Below are positions 54,312 to 54,442 of a stretch of 54,442 nucleotides of DNA, piece after piece. The notes beneath the pieces were generated by a model that was not told the DNA's origin, did not search any database, and saw nothing but the letters and a program-made list of their open reading frames with translations. The DNA is from a virus (lineage: Duplodnaviria; Caudoviricetes). A program made the position numbers and the translations under genes. The DNA is taken from IMG/VR virus record IMGVR_UViG_3300025727_000815, positions 1 to 54,442 of that record, one strand, 5' to 3'. Position 1 is the first letter of the stretch; the number at the start of each line of letters is the position of its first letter.

Positions 54312-54442
54312 TTTGAGTCGCTACTAAATGGTAAATTGCGTGATAATTATCTACTTTAAATGTAATTTTGGCTAATCCTTGTGTAGAAATTTCTAATTTT
54401 CCACCACTACATTCTTTATTAGCTTGTAGAATTTTACCAAAA
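54301..54442 (-). CDS. Sliding clamp (T4 gp45-like) C-terminus, partial
   Basis: Manual translation FGKILQANKECSGGKLEISTQGLAKITFKVDNYHAIYHLVATQSAD; upstream of the clamp loader. Confidence 0.7.
   Translation of the reverse strand, partial: FGKILQANKECSGGKLEISTQGLAKITFKVDNYHAIYHLVATQSAD

Noticed and set aside
1-54442. Stop-codon reassignment (alternative genetic code)
   Set aside because: Long genes are intact under the standard code and end in TAA, TAG and TGA with tight coupling

Overview
AT-rich fragment of what is most likely a large T4-like (jumbo/huge) tailed phage genome. Essentially all credible genes lie on the - strand and use the standard code. From right to left: (i) a replication module (sliding clamp C-terminus, DNA methyltransferase, clamp loader large subunit, ClpP, clamp loader small subunit, DUF1599-like protein, PD-(D/E)XK nuclease, two GT4 glycosyltransferases); (ii) a ~5.5 kb island inside that module (sulfotransferase, GNAT, C39-like peptidase, a 924-aa polyprotein made of a circularly permuted ATP-grasp-like domain, two tandem Hint domains flanking the hexapeptide VSLGAW and a beta-propeller repeat domain, plus two small partners), which is the most novel-looking system here; (iii) a ~23 kb glycan cluster (nonulosonic acid, heptose, epimerases, GTs, Maf/DUF115-like proteins); (iv) an early-type region of small ORFs punctuated by repeated TTGACT-N18-TATATT promoters, containing a ~750-nt structured non-coding tract with a tRNA-like element and a ~1.3 kb non-coding stretch with convergent promoters and direct repeats; (v) a truncated >1000-aa helicase-methyltransferase fusion, missing from the ORF track, with atypical catalytic motifs. 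All product calls come from motifs read by eye; no database searches were run.
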